Position numbers and translations under genes: made by a program. A model generated the notes under the pieces. It was not told where the DNA came from. It saw only the letters and a program-made list of their open reading frames with translations, and ran no database searches. A stretch of DNA of 64,000 nucleotides from an uncultured delta proteobacterium (GTDB taxonomy: Bacteria > Myxococcota_A > Polyangia > Fen-1088), in NCBI GenBank assembly GCA_963796685.1, contig CAWCMR010000009.1, positions 288,001 through 352,000 on the forward strand. Direction: 5' to 3'. Numbering within the stretch: position 1 is the first letter of the stretch; each line of letters begins with the position of its first letter. Below are positions 31,594 through 43,260 of the stretch, in pieces.

Positions 31594-31735
31594 CAGACAT
31601 CACTTGCAAAAACGCGGTATCCCCGGTCGCGTTGCCCGTCGCGAAGACAGCACGAGCAGAATCATTGTCCCTGGTCTTCAGGTACAATGAGGCGGCATCG
31701 AAATTGTCCCCTTGAGTCAGCGCAGGAGCGCCTTC

Positions 31736-34700
31736 ATGTTGAAAAATAGACTGCACGATTTCCTGGCTTCCCTTGCCCTACCCTTTACTTCTTGCGTGCT
31801 CTTGGTGGTCGGTGGCTGCTCGAGTAGCGGCTCCGTGGGCGTCAACCAGAATGACGCAGGATCGGACATCGCTCCTGACGCGCCCGTGTTCTTCACGCTC
31901 CCCGACGGGGGGGGCGGCCCTGCCGTGGACACCGGCGTTTGCCACCCTCTGTCGAGCTGCACGGTCGGCGGCTGGCAATACTGCGGCCTCATCGGCGACG
32001 GCTGCACGGGAAGCCTGAGCTGCGGCGACTGTCCGGCAGGGCTGTCGTGCAACGGAGGCGTATGCACGACCGGCACCGCCTACGATGCCGGCCCGGTCAC
32101 TTCCTGCATCGTCCCCGGCGGGACCTACTGCGGAGACATCGGAAACGGCGTCGGCGGCAAGCTTTCCTGCGGCGACTGCCCGACGGGCTGGACGTGCCAA
32201 AGCGGCTTGTGCACCGGCGGGGCCACCTGCGTTCCGCGGGACTGCGGCAGCGGTGCCAACAAGTACTGCGGGACCATCGGCGACGACTGCGGGCACGCCG
32301 AGGACTGCGGCACCTGTGCCGCCGACCAGGTGTGCAAGAACAACCAGTGCATCCCGGCGACCGGCTGCGTGCTCACGACCTGCAACCCCACCGGCGGCCA
32401 ATATTGCGGCGGCGAGCTCGGCGACGGCTGCGGCGGCGCCATCACCTGCAGTGCTTGCACCACGCCCGGGTGGACCTGCCAGGATCACCTTTGCAAGGGT
32501 GGCACCTCCTGCGTGCCCATCGCCTGCGGCACCGGCACCGGCAAGTACTGCGGCACCATCGGTGATGGTTGCGGCGGCAGCAACGACTGCGGCCAGTGCC
32601 TCGCGGGCGAGATCTGCAAGAGCAACCAGTGCGTGCCGGCGAGTTGCACGCCCCTGACCTGCACCCCGACCGGCGGCCAGTACTGCGGCGGCCAGGTCGG
32701 CGACGGCTGCGGCGGTGTGCTTGACTGCAGCGCCGCCTGTCCGGCGGGCTTCACCTGTGCCGATCACCTGTGCGTTGGCGGACCGACCTGCAATCGTCTC
32801 GCGACGTGCACCAACGGCACCCCCTTCAACTTCTGCGGCGACGTGGGCGATGGCTGCAGCGGCACCCTTCACTGCGGCGCCGACTGCGCCACCGCCCAGA
32901 TCTGCGACGGGACGACCGGTCTGTGCAAGGGCGACTCGACCTGTGGCCCCAAGTCCTGCAACAACGGCTCGCTCTTCAATTACTGCGGCGACGTGGGCGA
33001 TGGCTGCGGCGGCACCCTTCACTGCGGCGCCGACTGCTCCACCACCCAGATGTGCGACGCCACCACGGGGCTGTGCAAAGGCGACGCGACCTGCACCCCG
33101 GTGGCGTGCGACAACGGAACCCCCTTCAAGTACTGTGGCGAGACCGGCGACGGATGCGGCGGTACGCTTCATTGCGGGGCCGACTGCGCCGCGAATCAAG
33201 TCTGCGGCTCGGACGGAATCTGCAAGGGGAACTCGAGCTGCGTCGCGCTCACGTGCGACAACGGTACCCCGTTCAGTTACTGCGGCATCATCGGCGATGG
33301 CTGCGGCGGACAGCTTTCGTGCAGCACCCACTGCGGAACCAATCAAGTCTGTGGCGTGGACAATCTGTGCAAGGGTGATTCGTCCTGCATCCCCACGACC
33401 TGCGACAACGGAACCGACTTCAAGTACTGCGGTACCGTGGGCGACGGTTGTGGCGGCGCGCTCCGCTGCAGCACCGCCTGCGGCACGGGCAAGATCTGCG
33501 ACTCCACCAAGAACCTCTGCAAGGGTGACGGCACCTGCACCCCGCGGTCGGCGTGTACCAACGGGACCCCCTTTAACTACTGTGGCACCGTCGGAGACGG
33601 CTGCGGTGGAAGCCTGGACTGCGGCACCACCAGCTGTGGCACGGGCAAGATCTGTGACACCACGAAGGGTGTATGCAAGGGCGACGCGAGCTGCGTCCCG
33701 CTGACGTGCAAGACGGCGGAGGGCGGCCAATACTGTGGCGGAACGGTCGGCGACGGCTGCGGCAGCTCCATCACCTGCAGCGACCCATGCCCGACCGGCA
33801 CGACCTGCACCGGCAATGTTTGCGTCTGCAGTGGCGGACTCATCTGCCAGGTCGCCCGCTGCGAGGCCGGGTCGACCACGCTTTCGGGCAAGGTCTACGA
33901 CCCGGCCGGGGTGAATCCGATTTACAACGTGATCGTCTATGTGCCCAATACCACGCTCGATCCCATCACGCACGGCCCGACCTGCGATCAGTGCGCGACG
34001 CCGTCCGGTGAGCCCATCGCAGCGACGTTGTCGGATACCGATGGCAGCTTCACCCTGACCAACGTCCCGAGCGGGACCAACATCCCCATCGTCTTCCAGA
34101 TCGGAAAGTGGCGCCGCCAGGTCAAGATCCCAACCGTCACCGCGTGTCAGGACAACGTCGTTCCTACCAGCCTCTCGCACCTACCACGCAACCAAACCGA
34201 CGGCGATGCCGGGACGGTTTCGCTGCCCAGGATCGCCATCGCGGCAAGCAGCGCCCATCCTTGCCAAAAGAGCGGCTCGTGCGACAGCGGGATCGCCGAG
34301 CGCTTGCAATGCCTGCTGCGAAGGATCGGGGTGGATTCTTCCGAATTCACGCTTCCGAGCGGCACCGGCGCCATCCGCCTCTACAATCAGAACAAGGTCG
34401 AGGCCGACACGTGCAACACGGTGACGGGATCCACGGGGACCTTCCCGGATGCCTCCGGTAATCTGTGGGACAGTCAAGCCCACCTCAACCAATACGACAT
34501 GCTTCTGCTCAACTGTGGTGGCGGAGGGGCCGAGCCAGGTCCGTCAGCGGCCAACGGAACCTACGTTCCCTATCCAGATGCTCCGAATCGCATGAAGGCC
34601 TACGTGGATGCCGGAGGCCGCGTCTTTGCCGAGCACTACCACTGGGATTGGATCCGCTCCTTCACCAATTATCCGTCAGTCTTCGGCGAAGTGGCGACCT

Positions 34701-35482
34701 GGTACTCGGGCACCCCGGGGGTCATCGGAGCGGCGCCCAGAGATACCCTCGTCGACACCACCTTCCCCAGGGGCCAAGCCTTCGCAAGCTGGCTGTCCAA
34801 CGTGGGTGCGTCCACCACCAACGGCGTTCTCACCATCTCCAGCGGCGTGAAAGGAACGGCCATCGACCAGATCAATCCACCCTCGCAGCGCTGGCTCTAC
34901 GAGCCGACCAACGCAGGGAACCCGACCGGAAACGCCCAATACACGCACTATTTCAGCTTCAACACCCCGGTGGGCGTGCCGGCAGCCAATCAATGCGGGC
35001 GCTTCGTGTACACCGCCCTGCACGTCAGCGATTCGACCTCGACGGGATTCCCCGGCGATCCCACCGGAAATAGCGGGGATGCCTTCCCTGCCTGCTGTGC
35101 CGCCCGGACCGCCCTGTCGGCGCAGGAGAAGGCTCTCGAGTTCATGATCTTCGACCTCTCGTCCTGCATCAGCAACACGAACCTGCCACCGCCACCGGTC
35201 CAGACCGTGCCACCGCCCGCGGCCCCGCCGCCCGCGCCACCGGCCGCGCCACCTCCTCCCCCCGCCTCGCCGGGTGCGCCACCACCACCACCGGCATCAC
35301 CACCGCCGCCGCCACCACCACCAGCGACCACCCCACCGGCACCACCCTCGCCACCGGTCCCGCCGCCGCCACCATCACCGCCCCCGGTTGCCGCGCCACC
35401 GCCGCCACCGCCGGCACCGCCCACCCAAACCGCGCCGCCGCCGCCGCCACCACCGCCGCCGCCGCCCATCTGGATTCCGTAG
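31736..35482 (+). CDS. Giant Cys-repeat lipoprotein B: 13 repeats, carboxypeptidase-regulatory-like domain, Pro-rich tail
   Basis: Intact ORF; CAGGAG RBS; lipobox VGGC; SGKVYDPAG..GKWRRQ domain; QEKALEFMIFDLSSC; poly-Pro tail ending IWIP. Confidence 0.88.
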   Translation: MLKNRLHDFLASLALPFTSCVLLVVGGCSSSGSVGVNQNDAGSDIAPDAPVFFTLPDGGGGPAVDTGVCHPLSSCTVGGWQYCGLIGDGCTGSLSCGDCPAGLSCNGGVCTTGTAYDAGPVTSCIVPGGTYCGDIGNGVGGKLSCGDCPTGWTCQSGLCTGGATCVPRDCGSGANKYCGTIGDDCGHAEDCGTCAADQVCKNNQCIPATGCVLTTCNPTGGQYCGGELGDGCGGAITCSACTTPGWTCQDHLCKGGTSCVPIACGTGTGKYCGTIGDGCGGSNDCGQCLAGEICKSNQCVPASCTPLTCTPTGGQYCGGQVGDGCGGVLDCSAACPAGFTCADHLCVGGPTCNRLATCTNGTPFNFCGDVGDGCSGTLHCGADCATAQICDGTTGLCKGDSTCGPKSCNNGSLFNYCGDVGDGCGGTLHCGADCSTTQMCDATTGLCKGDATCTPVACDNGTPFKYCGETGDGCGGTLHCGADCAANQVCGSDGICKGNSSCVALTCDNGTPFSYCGIIGDGCGGQLSCSTHCGTNQVCGVDNLCKGDSSCIPTTCDNGTDFKYCGTVGDGCGGALRCSTACGTGKICDSTKNLCKGDGTCTPRSACTNGTPFNYCGTVGDGCGGSLDCGTTSCGTGKICDTTKGVCKGDASCVPLTCKTAEGGQYCGGTVGDGCGSSITCSDPCPTGTTCTGNVCVCSGGLICQVARCEAGSTTLSGKVYDPAGVNPIYNVIVYVPNTTLDPITHGPTCDQCATPSGEPIAATLSDTDGSFTLTNVPSGTNIPIVFQIGKWRRQVKIPTVTACQDNVVPTSLSHLPRNQTDGDAGTVSLPRIAIAASSAHPCQKSGSCDSGIAERLQCLLRRIGVDSSEFTLPSGTGAIRLYNQNKVEADTCNTVTGSTGTFPDASGNLWDSQAHLNQYDMLLLNCGGGGAEPGPSAANGTYVPYPDAPNRMKAYVDAGGRVFAEHYHWDWIRSFTNYPSVFGEVATWYSGTPGVIGAAPRDTLVDTTFPRGQAFASWLSNVGASTTNGVLTISSGVKGTAIDQINPPSQRWLYEPTNAGNPTGNAQYTHYFSFNTPVGVPAANQCGRFVYTALHVSDSTSTGFPGDPTGNSGDAFPACCAARTALSAQEKALEFMIFDLSSCISNTNLPPPPVQTVPPPAAPPPAPPAAPPPPPASPGAPPPPPASPPPPPPPPATTPPAPPSPPVPPPPPSPPPVAAPPPPPPAPPTQTAPPPPPPPPPPPIWIP

Positions 35483-35691
35483 GCGAAGGGCGGCGATCGT
35501 GCCGGTCGCCGCCGTCGCAACCTACCCGGTGTCGCCATCATCCCGCGATAGGCGCGGGAGGTCGTGGCTGCGGCCGTGGTCGGTTCGCGCCTTGACCGCT
35601 GGTTCAGCCATGCGAATGCATGACGGTATGAACCCGCGCGCGGCGATAGCCAGGCGTCGGGTGACGGCAAACCTCCCTGCCGGGTTCTGAG

Positions 35692-36771
35692 TCATCCGAA
35701 CAGGCGCGTCACCGCCTGCCGCAGACGACCGAGCAACGATGGCCTGGCCCTCCGGGCCGAGACGGCGAGCTTGGCCGCTCCTGATGCGGGTACCTCGTGC
35801 GCATGTGCGTGGACCTCTTCCGCGACGGCTGCGCTCTTGTGCTTGAGGGCCTCATCCACGCGGGCCAGCACCAACCGCGCTTCTTTCTCCAAGTCGGAAA
35901 GGGCGACGGGATCCAGACCCAATTTCGCGCAGGCTGCAACGAACACGTCCTCCTCGCTGCCGTCGCACGTCCCCGGACCGAGGTTCACCGAAAAGCCCAG
36001 CTTGGTCGACAGCCAATCCGCCACCGCGACCACGGCCGAAAGCAGCGGAGCGGTCGTCACTGCCGCGCGGCCGTGGTGGTGGGCCACGACCTCGGCCACC
36101 TCGTCGGGCAGTCTCCATTGGCGCACGAGCATGCCGGACACGTCCTCGTGAATCTGCCACACCACTTCGTTCAGGACCGCGGCTTCCAGCGCGGGTTCGC
36201 TCTTCCGGCGCTCCCCGAGCACGATGAGAATAGCGGCGATGCCGATGTCGTGTAGAAGCCCGCACAGGAACGCATGCTCGGAGTCCTGCCCGACGCGTGA
36301 GGCGAGCAAGCGGCACAGGTTTCCGCACGCGGTGCTGTGCCTGCGCAGCTCTTCCATCATTCCCGAGTATTCCACCGATCGGAAGACCCGCATGTGCAGC
36401 GCGATTTCGAAGACCACCTCTCCCAGATTCTTGAGCCCGAGGCGCAGCACGGCGCTGCGCAAGGATGTTTCGGCGTCGCGCCCGCGAAAAATCGGCGAGT
36501 TCGCGACCCGCAAAACGTGCGCCGCCAGCATGGGATCGTGCTCGAGCACGCCGACGAGCTTCTCGGTGTCGATGTCGGAGCGACACGACAAATCATGGAT
36601 CTCGAGCGCGACACTGGGGAGCATGGGCGGCTTGTAGTCGGGCGAGCCGAACACGCCGCGCAGGCCCTCGGACACCCGCAGCACCGTGGCCAAGGGCATA
36701 GGCGTACGTTGGGCCGGCGCGGTATCCGACCTCGCACGAGCGGGAGGGGCGTGGTTGTCAGCCGAGGACAT
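35692..36771 (-). CDS. HDOD domain protein
   Basis: PPMLPSVALEI, DPMLAAHVLRVANS, LCGLLHDIG and WRLP..VAHHH; start taken at ATG 36771 with AGGGG RBS. Confidence 0.9.
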   Translation of the reverse strand: MSSADNHAPPARARSDTAPAQRTPMPLATVLRVSEGLRGVFGSPDYKPPMLPSVALEIHDLSCRSDIDTEKLVGVLEHDPMLAAHVLRVANSPIFRGRDAETSLRSAVLRLGLKNLGEVVFEIALHMRVFRSVEYSGMMEELRRHSTACGNLCRLLASRVGQDSEHAFLCGLLHDIGIAAILIVLGERRKSEPALEAAVLNEVVWQIHEDVSGMLVRQWRLPDEVAEVVAHHHGRAAVTTAPLLSAVVAVADWLSTKLGFSVNLGPGTCDGSEEDVFVAACAKLGLDPVALSDLEKEARLVLARVDEALKHKSAAVAEEVHAHAHEVPASGAAKLAVSARRARPSLLGRLRQAVTRLFG

Positions 36772-36912
36772 GTCGCCCCTATGACATCGATAGTCTAGGG
36801 CACGATCTTGAGCCGCAAGATGCCGGACATATCGCGACCGGCAAAGAGAGCGTCCGCCACCCTTCGGGACATCTCGCATCGGCAAGCTATGCTTTGAACC
36901 AGGAGATACCCC

Positions 36913-37404
36913 ATGGATAGAACAGAGAAGCTCTCCCTCATCGCTCGCTACGAGTCCTCCATCGACCCGCTTGTCGATTTCGTGAAAAACGCTCCCGCGG
37001 CAGCCGTTGATTTCAGGCCCAATCTGCCGGGCGCATGGAGCATCCGTGACCATGCGGTTCACTTTCTGGACGCCGACACGTTCGCCTATGGTCGCCTGCG
37101 CCTGGCCGTGACCCAGCCGGGTGCGGACGTGTTCGTGTGGAACGAGGAAGCCTGGCATGAAAGGGCCAGGTATGAAACCGCGGATGCGCTGGTCGCCTTG
37201 GAGACCGCCCGCGCGCTCAGGCACGTGGTCTGCGCCATGGCCAAGTCCGTGGTGGATGCGGAGTGGGAGGACTTCTACGTCCGCCACTCGCAACGCGGGC
37301 GCATGAATCTGGCCGACGTGTTCAAGCTGTATACGGATCACGCCCAGTTCCACCTGAGCTACTTCCGGCGCAACCTGGACGCATTCAAGTCGAACGCGGC
37401 GTGA
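36913..37404 (+). CDS. DinB/YfiT-like metal-dependent protein
   Basis: WSIRDHAVHFLD, WNEEAW and YTDHAQFH; CAGGAG RBS. Confidence 0.8.
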   Translation: MDRTEKLSLIARYESSIDPLVDFVKNAPAAAVDFRPNLPGAWSIRDHAVHFLDADTFAYGRLRLAVTQPGADVFVWNEEAWHERARYETADALVALETARALRHVVCAMAKSVVDAEWEDFYVRHSQRGRMNLADVFKLYTDHAQFHLSYFRRNLDAFKSNAA

Positions 37405-37484
37405 ATCACCGTCACGAAAAAGGACTGTCCAGGTCCGTTACCTCTGGCGTCAGGGGTGAGCTTGGTCCATAACCGATAAAATCG

Positions 37485-39296
37485 ATGCGTATTCCCCTAC
37501 TCGACCCTAAGCACACCCCGCTCTCGGATTCCCAAGCAGCCCAGTTCAACGCTTTTGCCGCCGGCCTGGCGCCCGACCAAACCGCCTGGCTGCTCGGCTA
37601 TCTGACCGCGACCCATCACCTGCAAGGCGGCTCCAGCCAGCCCGGGGCGCCGGTCCCTGCGCACGACACAGAAAAGCAGCTGACGGTGCTGTTCGCGTCG
37701 CAGACCGGCAACGCCGCCAAGGTCGCGAAGGCCCTCACCTCCGCGGCCACGGGAGCCGGCGTCCACGCGGTCGCGGTCAACGTCGCGGATTACAAGGCCA
37801 CGAACCTGAGAAACGAGCGCAACTTGATCCTCGTGTCCAGCACGCAGGGTGAGGGCGATCCACCGGATTCGGCCGTCGAGTTCCACCGCTTTCTCTTCGG
37901 CAAGCGGGCGGCGCGCCTCGAGGGACTGCGCTTCGCCGTGCTGGCGCTCGGCGACTACAGCTACGCGAATTTCTGCAAGGCCGGCGTGGACTTCGACACG
38001 CGGCTGGAAGAGCTGGGGGCCGAGCGCGTCTTGGCCCGCGTCGATTGCGATGTGGAATACCAAAGTGCGGTGGATTCCTGGCAGGGGCAGGTGATCGAGA
38101 CCTTCAAGAATCTCGTGCCGAAGAACGGCGCGGAGGCTTTGCCCGTGCCGGTGCCCTCGCCCGTCGTGGAAGAGGGCTATGACAAGGCTCGGCCCTTCGC
38201 GGCGCCTGTTCTCGAGCGCATCAACCTGAACGGCCGCGGCTCGGCAAAGAAGACCTTCCACCTCGAAGTTTCCCTGAGTGGCTCCGGAATTGCCTACCAG
38301 CCCGGCGATTCCCTGGGCATCCTGCCGCGAAACTCGCCTGTCTACGTCCGTGAGCTCTTGTCCGTGGCCCGACTCGCGCCCGATGCCGGCGTCAGCGTGG
38401 ACGGCAAGGATTGGCCGCTCGCCGAGGTCCTCGGCGACACATTCGAGATCACCACCATCACGCGCCCGTTCGTGAAGGCTTACGCGGCTGCGACGGGCCA
38501 TGCCGAGCTTGGCGCGCTGTTGGAGAAGGGACGTGAGGAGGACCTCAAGACCTACGTCCATGGCCGCGAGATCATCGACGTTGTGCAAGCCTTCCCTCCG
38601 GGAGACGTGCAGCCGCAAGCCTTCGTGGGCATGCTCCGCCGCCTGCAACCGCGCCTCTACTCGATCGCGTCGAGCCTGCTCGCGCACGAAGAAGAGGTCC
38701 ACCTGCTTGTCGGCCTTACCCGCTACGAGAGCCACGGGCGGGTGCGAGAAGGGGTTTGCTCGTCCTTCGTGTGCGAGCGCCTGGGCGAAGACGAACCGCT
38801 GCGCGTCTACCCCTCGGCCAATCCCAACTTCAAGCTCCCGGAAAACCCCGATGCGCGGATCATCATGGTCGGTCCCGGCACCGGCGTGGCGCCGTTTCGC
38901 GCCTTCGTCGAAGAACGCGAGACCTTGGGTTGCCGCGGACGCAACTGGTTGTTCTTCGGCGACCAGCACTTCGCGACCGACTTTCTCTACCAGATCGAGT
39001 GGCAGCGCTGGCACAAGTCTGGCGTGCTCTCGCACCTGGATCTGGCCTTCTCGCGCGACCAGGACCAGAAGGTCTACGTCCAGCACCGCATGCTCGAGCG
39101 CGGGCGCGATCTCTACGCCTGGCTGCAGGAGGGCGCGCATGTCTACGTGTGTGGCGACGCCGGCCAGATGGCGGCCGACGTCCACGAAGCGCTGGTTTCC
39201 ATCGTCGGCAAAGAGGGCGGCAAGGGTCGCGAGGCCGCCGTGGAGTACGTCGAGAACCTCCACGCCACCAAGCGGTACCAACGCGATGTCTACTGA
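37485..39296 (+). CDS. cysJ: Assimilatory sulfite reductase (NADPH) flavoprotein subunit
   Basis: SQTGNA, STQGEGDPP, PRLYSIASS, GPGTGVAPFR and RYQRDVY. Confidence 0.95.
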   Translation: MRIPLLDPKHTPLSDSQAAQFNAFAAGLAPDQTAWLLGYLTATHHLQGGSSQPGAPVPAHDTEKQLTVLFASQTGNAAKVAKALTSAATGAGVHAVAVNVADYKATNLRNERNLILVSSTQGEGDPPDSAVEFHRFLFGKRAARLEGLRFAVLALGDYSYANFCKAGVDFDTRLEELGAERVLARVDCDVEYQSAVDSWQGQVIETFKNLVPKNGAEALPVPVPSPVVEEGYDKARPFAAPVLERINLNGRGSAKKTFHLEVSLSGSGIAYQPGDSLGILPRNSPVYVRELLSVARLAPDAGVSVDGKDWPLAEVLGDTFEITTITRPFVKAYAAATGHAELGALLEKGREEDLKTYVHGREIIDVVQAFPPGDVQPQAFVGMLRRLQPRLYSIASSLLAHEEEVHLLVGLTRYESHGRVREGVCSSFVCERLGEDEPLRVYPSANPNFKLPENPDARIIMVGPGTGVAPFRAFVEERETLGCRGRNWLFFGDQHFATDFLYQIEWQRWHKSGVLSHLDLAFSRDQDQKVYVQHRMLERGRDLYAWLQEGAHVYVCGDAGQMAADVHEALVSIVGKEGGKGREAAVEYVENLHATKRYQRDVY

Positions 39297-39307
39297 GGTG
39301 ATGTTCC

Positions 39308-41020
39308 ATGAGCGATGAAGCACAGCCCGCTGCGGGCAGCAGCGAAAACGAATATTTCAAGGACGCGAGCAACTACCTGCGCGGGACGATCGCCAAGGGT
39401 TTGCGCGATCCCATCACGGGCGGCATCGCGGCCTCCGACCAGCAGCTGCTCAAATTCCACGGGATGTACCAGCAGGACGACCGCGACGTTCGCCTCGAGC
39501 GCCAGCGGCAGAAGCTGGAACCGCTGCACGGCTTCATGGTGCGCATCCGCATGCCGGGCGGCGTGTGCACGCCGGCGCAGTATCTGGCCATCGACGAGCT
39601 CGCGCGCGCCCACGCGGGCAACACCCTGCGTCTGACCACGCGGCAGACGATTCAGCTGCACACCATCCCCAAACGCCACTTGCGCCACACGGTGCAAGCC
39701 ATCAACAAGACCTTGCTCGACACCATCGCGGCTTGCGGGGACGTGAATCGCAACGTCCTGTGCAATCCGAATCCCTTCCTGTCGTCGCTCCACGGCGAGG
39801 TTTACGGGTGGGCCAAGCGCCTCAGCGAGCACCTCCTGCCGCGCACGAGCGCCTACCACGAGATCTGGCTGGGCGACGATCTCGTGGCCGGCGGCGAGCC
39901 CGCCGACGACACCGAGCCCCTCTACGGCAAGCACTATCTGCCGCGCAAGTTCAAGATCGCGGTGGCGGTACCGCCCAGCAACGACGTCGATGTCTTCGCC
40001 AACGACCTCGGTTTCATCGCCATCACTGAAGACGACAAGCTGGCCGGCTTCGACGTGACCGTCGGGGGTGGCATGAGCATGGCGCACGGCGAGCGAGCGA
40101 CCTATCCACGCCTCGCGGACGTGATCGGCTTCTGCCCGTCCGGCGATGTCCTCGGCGTGGCCGAAGCCGTGCTCACCACCCAACGCGACTTCGGCGACCG
40201 CAAGAACCGCAAGCACGCGCGCCTCAAGTACACCATCGACGACCGCGGGCTCGACTGGTTCAAGGCCGAGGTCGAGCGCCGATTGGGGCGCGCTCTCGCG
40301 CCCGCCCGTTCCTTCACCTTCGAGAGCAACGGCGATCGCTACGGATGGGTCAAGGGCGTGGGCGATTCCTGGCACTTCACGCTGTTCATCATGAATGGTC
40401 GCGTGCGCGACGAGCCGGCCCGCCCCCTGCTGACGGCGCTACGCGAGATCGCCAAGGTCCACGACGGGGATTTTCGGCTGACCGCCAACCAGAACTTGAT
40501 GATTGCCAACGTGAGCAAGGCCAACAAGCGGCGCGTCGACGGCCTGCTCGACCAGTACCGGCTCAAGGATGGCGTCGCGCACACCGGCCTGCGCCTCTCC
40601 TCCATGGCCTGTGTGGCCCTGCCGTCATGTGGCCTGGCCATGGCCGAATCCGAGCGCTACTTGCCGAGCCTGCTCGACAAGCTCGACGCCGTCGTGCGCG
40701 CGGCCGGGCTGGAAAAGGATCCCATCGTCATCCGTATGACCGGGTGCCCGAACGGCTGCGCGCGGCCCTACATCGCCGAAATCGCCTTGGTCGGCAAGAA
40801 TCTCGGCAAGTACAACCTCTATCTGGGCGGCGGGTTCGTGGGGGATCGGTTGGGCAAGCTGTACCGCGAAAATCTCGCCGACGAAGAGATCGTGGCTACG
40901 CTCGAGCCCATCATCCATCGCTACGCGCGCGAACGAAGTCCCGGCGAGCGCTTCGGCGACTTCGTCATCCGCGCGGGCTACGTGAAAGCCACGCGGCAGG
41001 GCAGGGATTTTCACGACTGA
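39308..41020 (+). CDS. cysI: Assimilatory sulfite reductase hemoprotein subunit
   Basis: [27 protein letters not shown] and TGCPNGCAR. Confidence 0.95.
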   Translation: MSDEAQPAAGSSENEYFKDASNYLRGTIAKGLRDPITGGIAASDQQLLKFHGMYQQDDRDVRLERQRQKLEPLHGFMVRIRMPGGVCTPAQYLAIDELARAHAGNTLRLTTRQTIQLHTIPKRHLRHTVQAINKTLLDTIAACGDVNRNVLCNPNPFLSSLHGEVYGWAKRLSEHLLPRTSAYHEIWLGDDLVAGGEPADDTEPLYGKHYLPRKFKIAVAVPPSNDVDVFANDLGFIAITEDDKLAGFDVTVGGGMSMAHGERATYPRLADVIGFCPSGDVLGVAEAVLTTQRDFGDRKNRKHARLKYTIDDRGLDWFKAEVERRLGRALAPARSFTFESNGDRYGWVKGVGDSWHFTLFIMNGRVRDEPARPLLTALREIAKVHDGDFRLTANQNLMIANVSKANKRRVDGLLDQYRLKDGVAHTGLRLSSMACVALPSCGLAMAESERYLPSLLDKLDAVVRAAGLEKDPIVIRMTGCPNGCARPYIAEIALVGKNLGKYNLYLGGGFVGDRLGKLYRENLADEEIVATLEPIIHRYARERSPGERFGDFVIRAGYVKATRQGRDFHD

Positions 41021-41073
41021 GTGGTTTGCCCCCACGTCGCCTCCTGCTTTGACTTCAATCCGGATGGCGCTAG

Positions 41074-42810
<1,737 letters not shown>

Positions 42811-42924
42811 TAGGGAACTCTGACCTGAAACTCACCCGTCCTGTCGCAACGGCCTCAGCGATGGTCGCGTCGTCCGGCGTGGCAAACCCGACGGAGCGCC
42901 GACTGCGGAACCTCTCAACCATGA

Positions 42925-43086
42925 CCTGTCGCGCTCCCGGAGAGTTCCTCGGCTACCGACTTCAGCTGCAACACCAGCGGATTTTACGCCCGCAACAGCT
43001 GTACCAGCGACGCACAATGCTCCGTCGCATGCGTCAAGGGCTACTGCTACGACTCGCGCGGCCAGTGCGACTACCATCCGATGTGA
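42925..43086 (+). pseudogene. Orphan 3' remnant of a Cys-rich secreted protein gene
   Basis: Frame reads ..SATDFSCNTSGFYARNSCTSDAQCSVACVKGYCYDSRGQCDYHPM*; in-frame TGA at 42922 and no start codon. Confidence 0.5.
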
Positions 43087-43260
43087 CGGCTCCCGGGAGG
43101 TCGACTGTCTTCTACGGCGCCGTGGTCAGTCTCTGCGGAGCGAATGAGTAGCCGTTCGGCGTAACGTAAGGGCCGGCGGATGGGCACCTCGATGGGTCAC
43201 GGGGCAACGCCCCGTACTCGTCAGTTTGAGGTCGCGGCGCTGCAGGCGCCAGCGACTTCG

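Noticed and set aside
27380-33780. ~150 bp periodic repeats as a CRISPR array or DGR-like template/variable repeats
   Set aside because: They are degenerate protein-coding Cys modules with synonymous variation; there is no reverse transcriptase and no adenine-specific pattern was evident.
27116-35482. Calling the Cys-repeat proteins TraA or 'tryptophan synthase alpha chain'
   Set aside because: There is no MYXO-CTERM, no adjacent TraB/OmpA gene and no TIM-barrel motifs; the latter label is a common mis-annotation of myxobacterial Cys-rich proteins.
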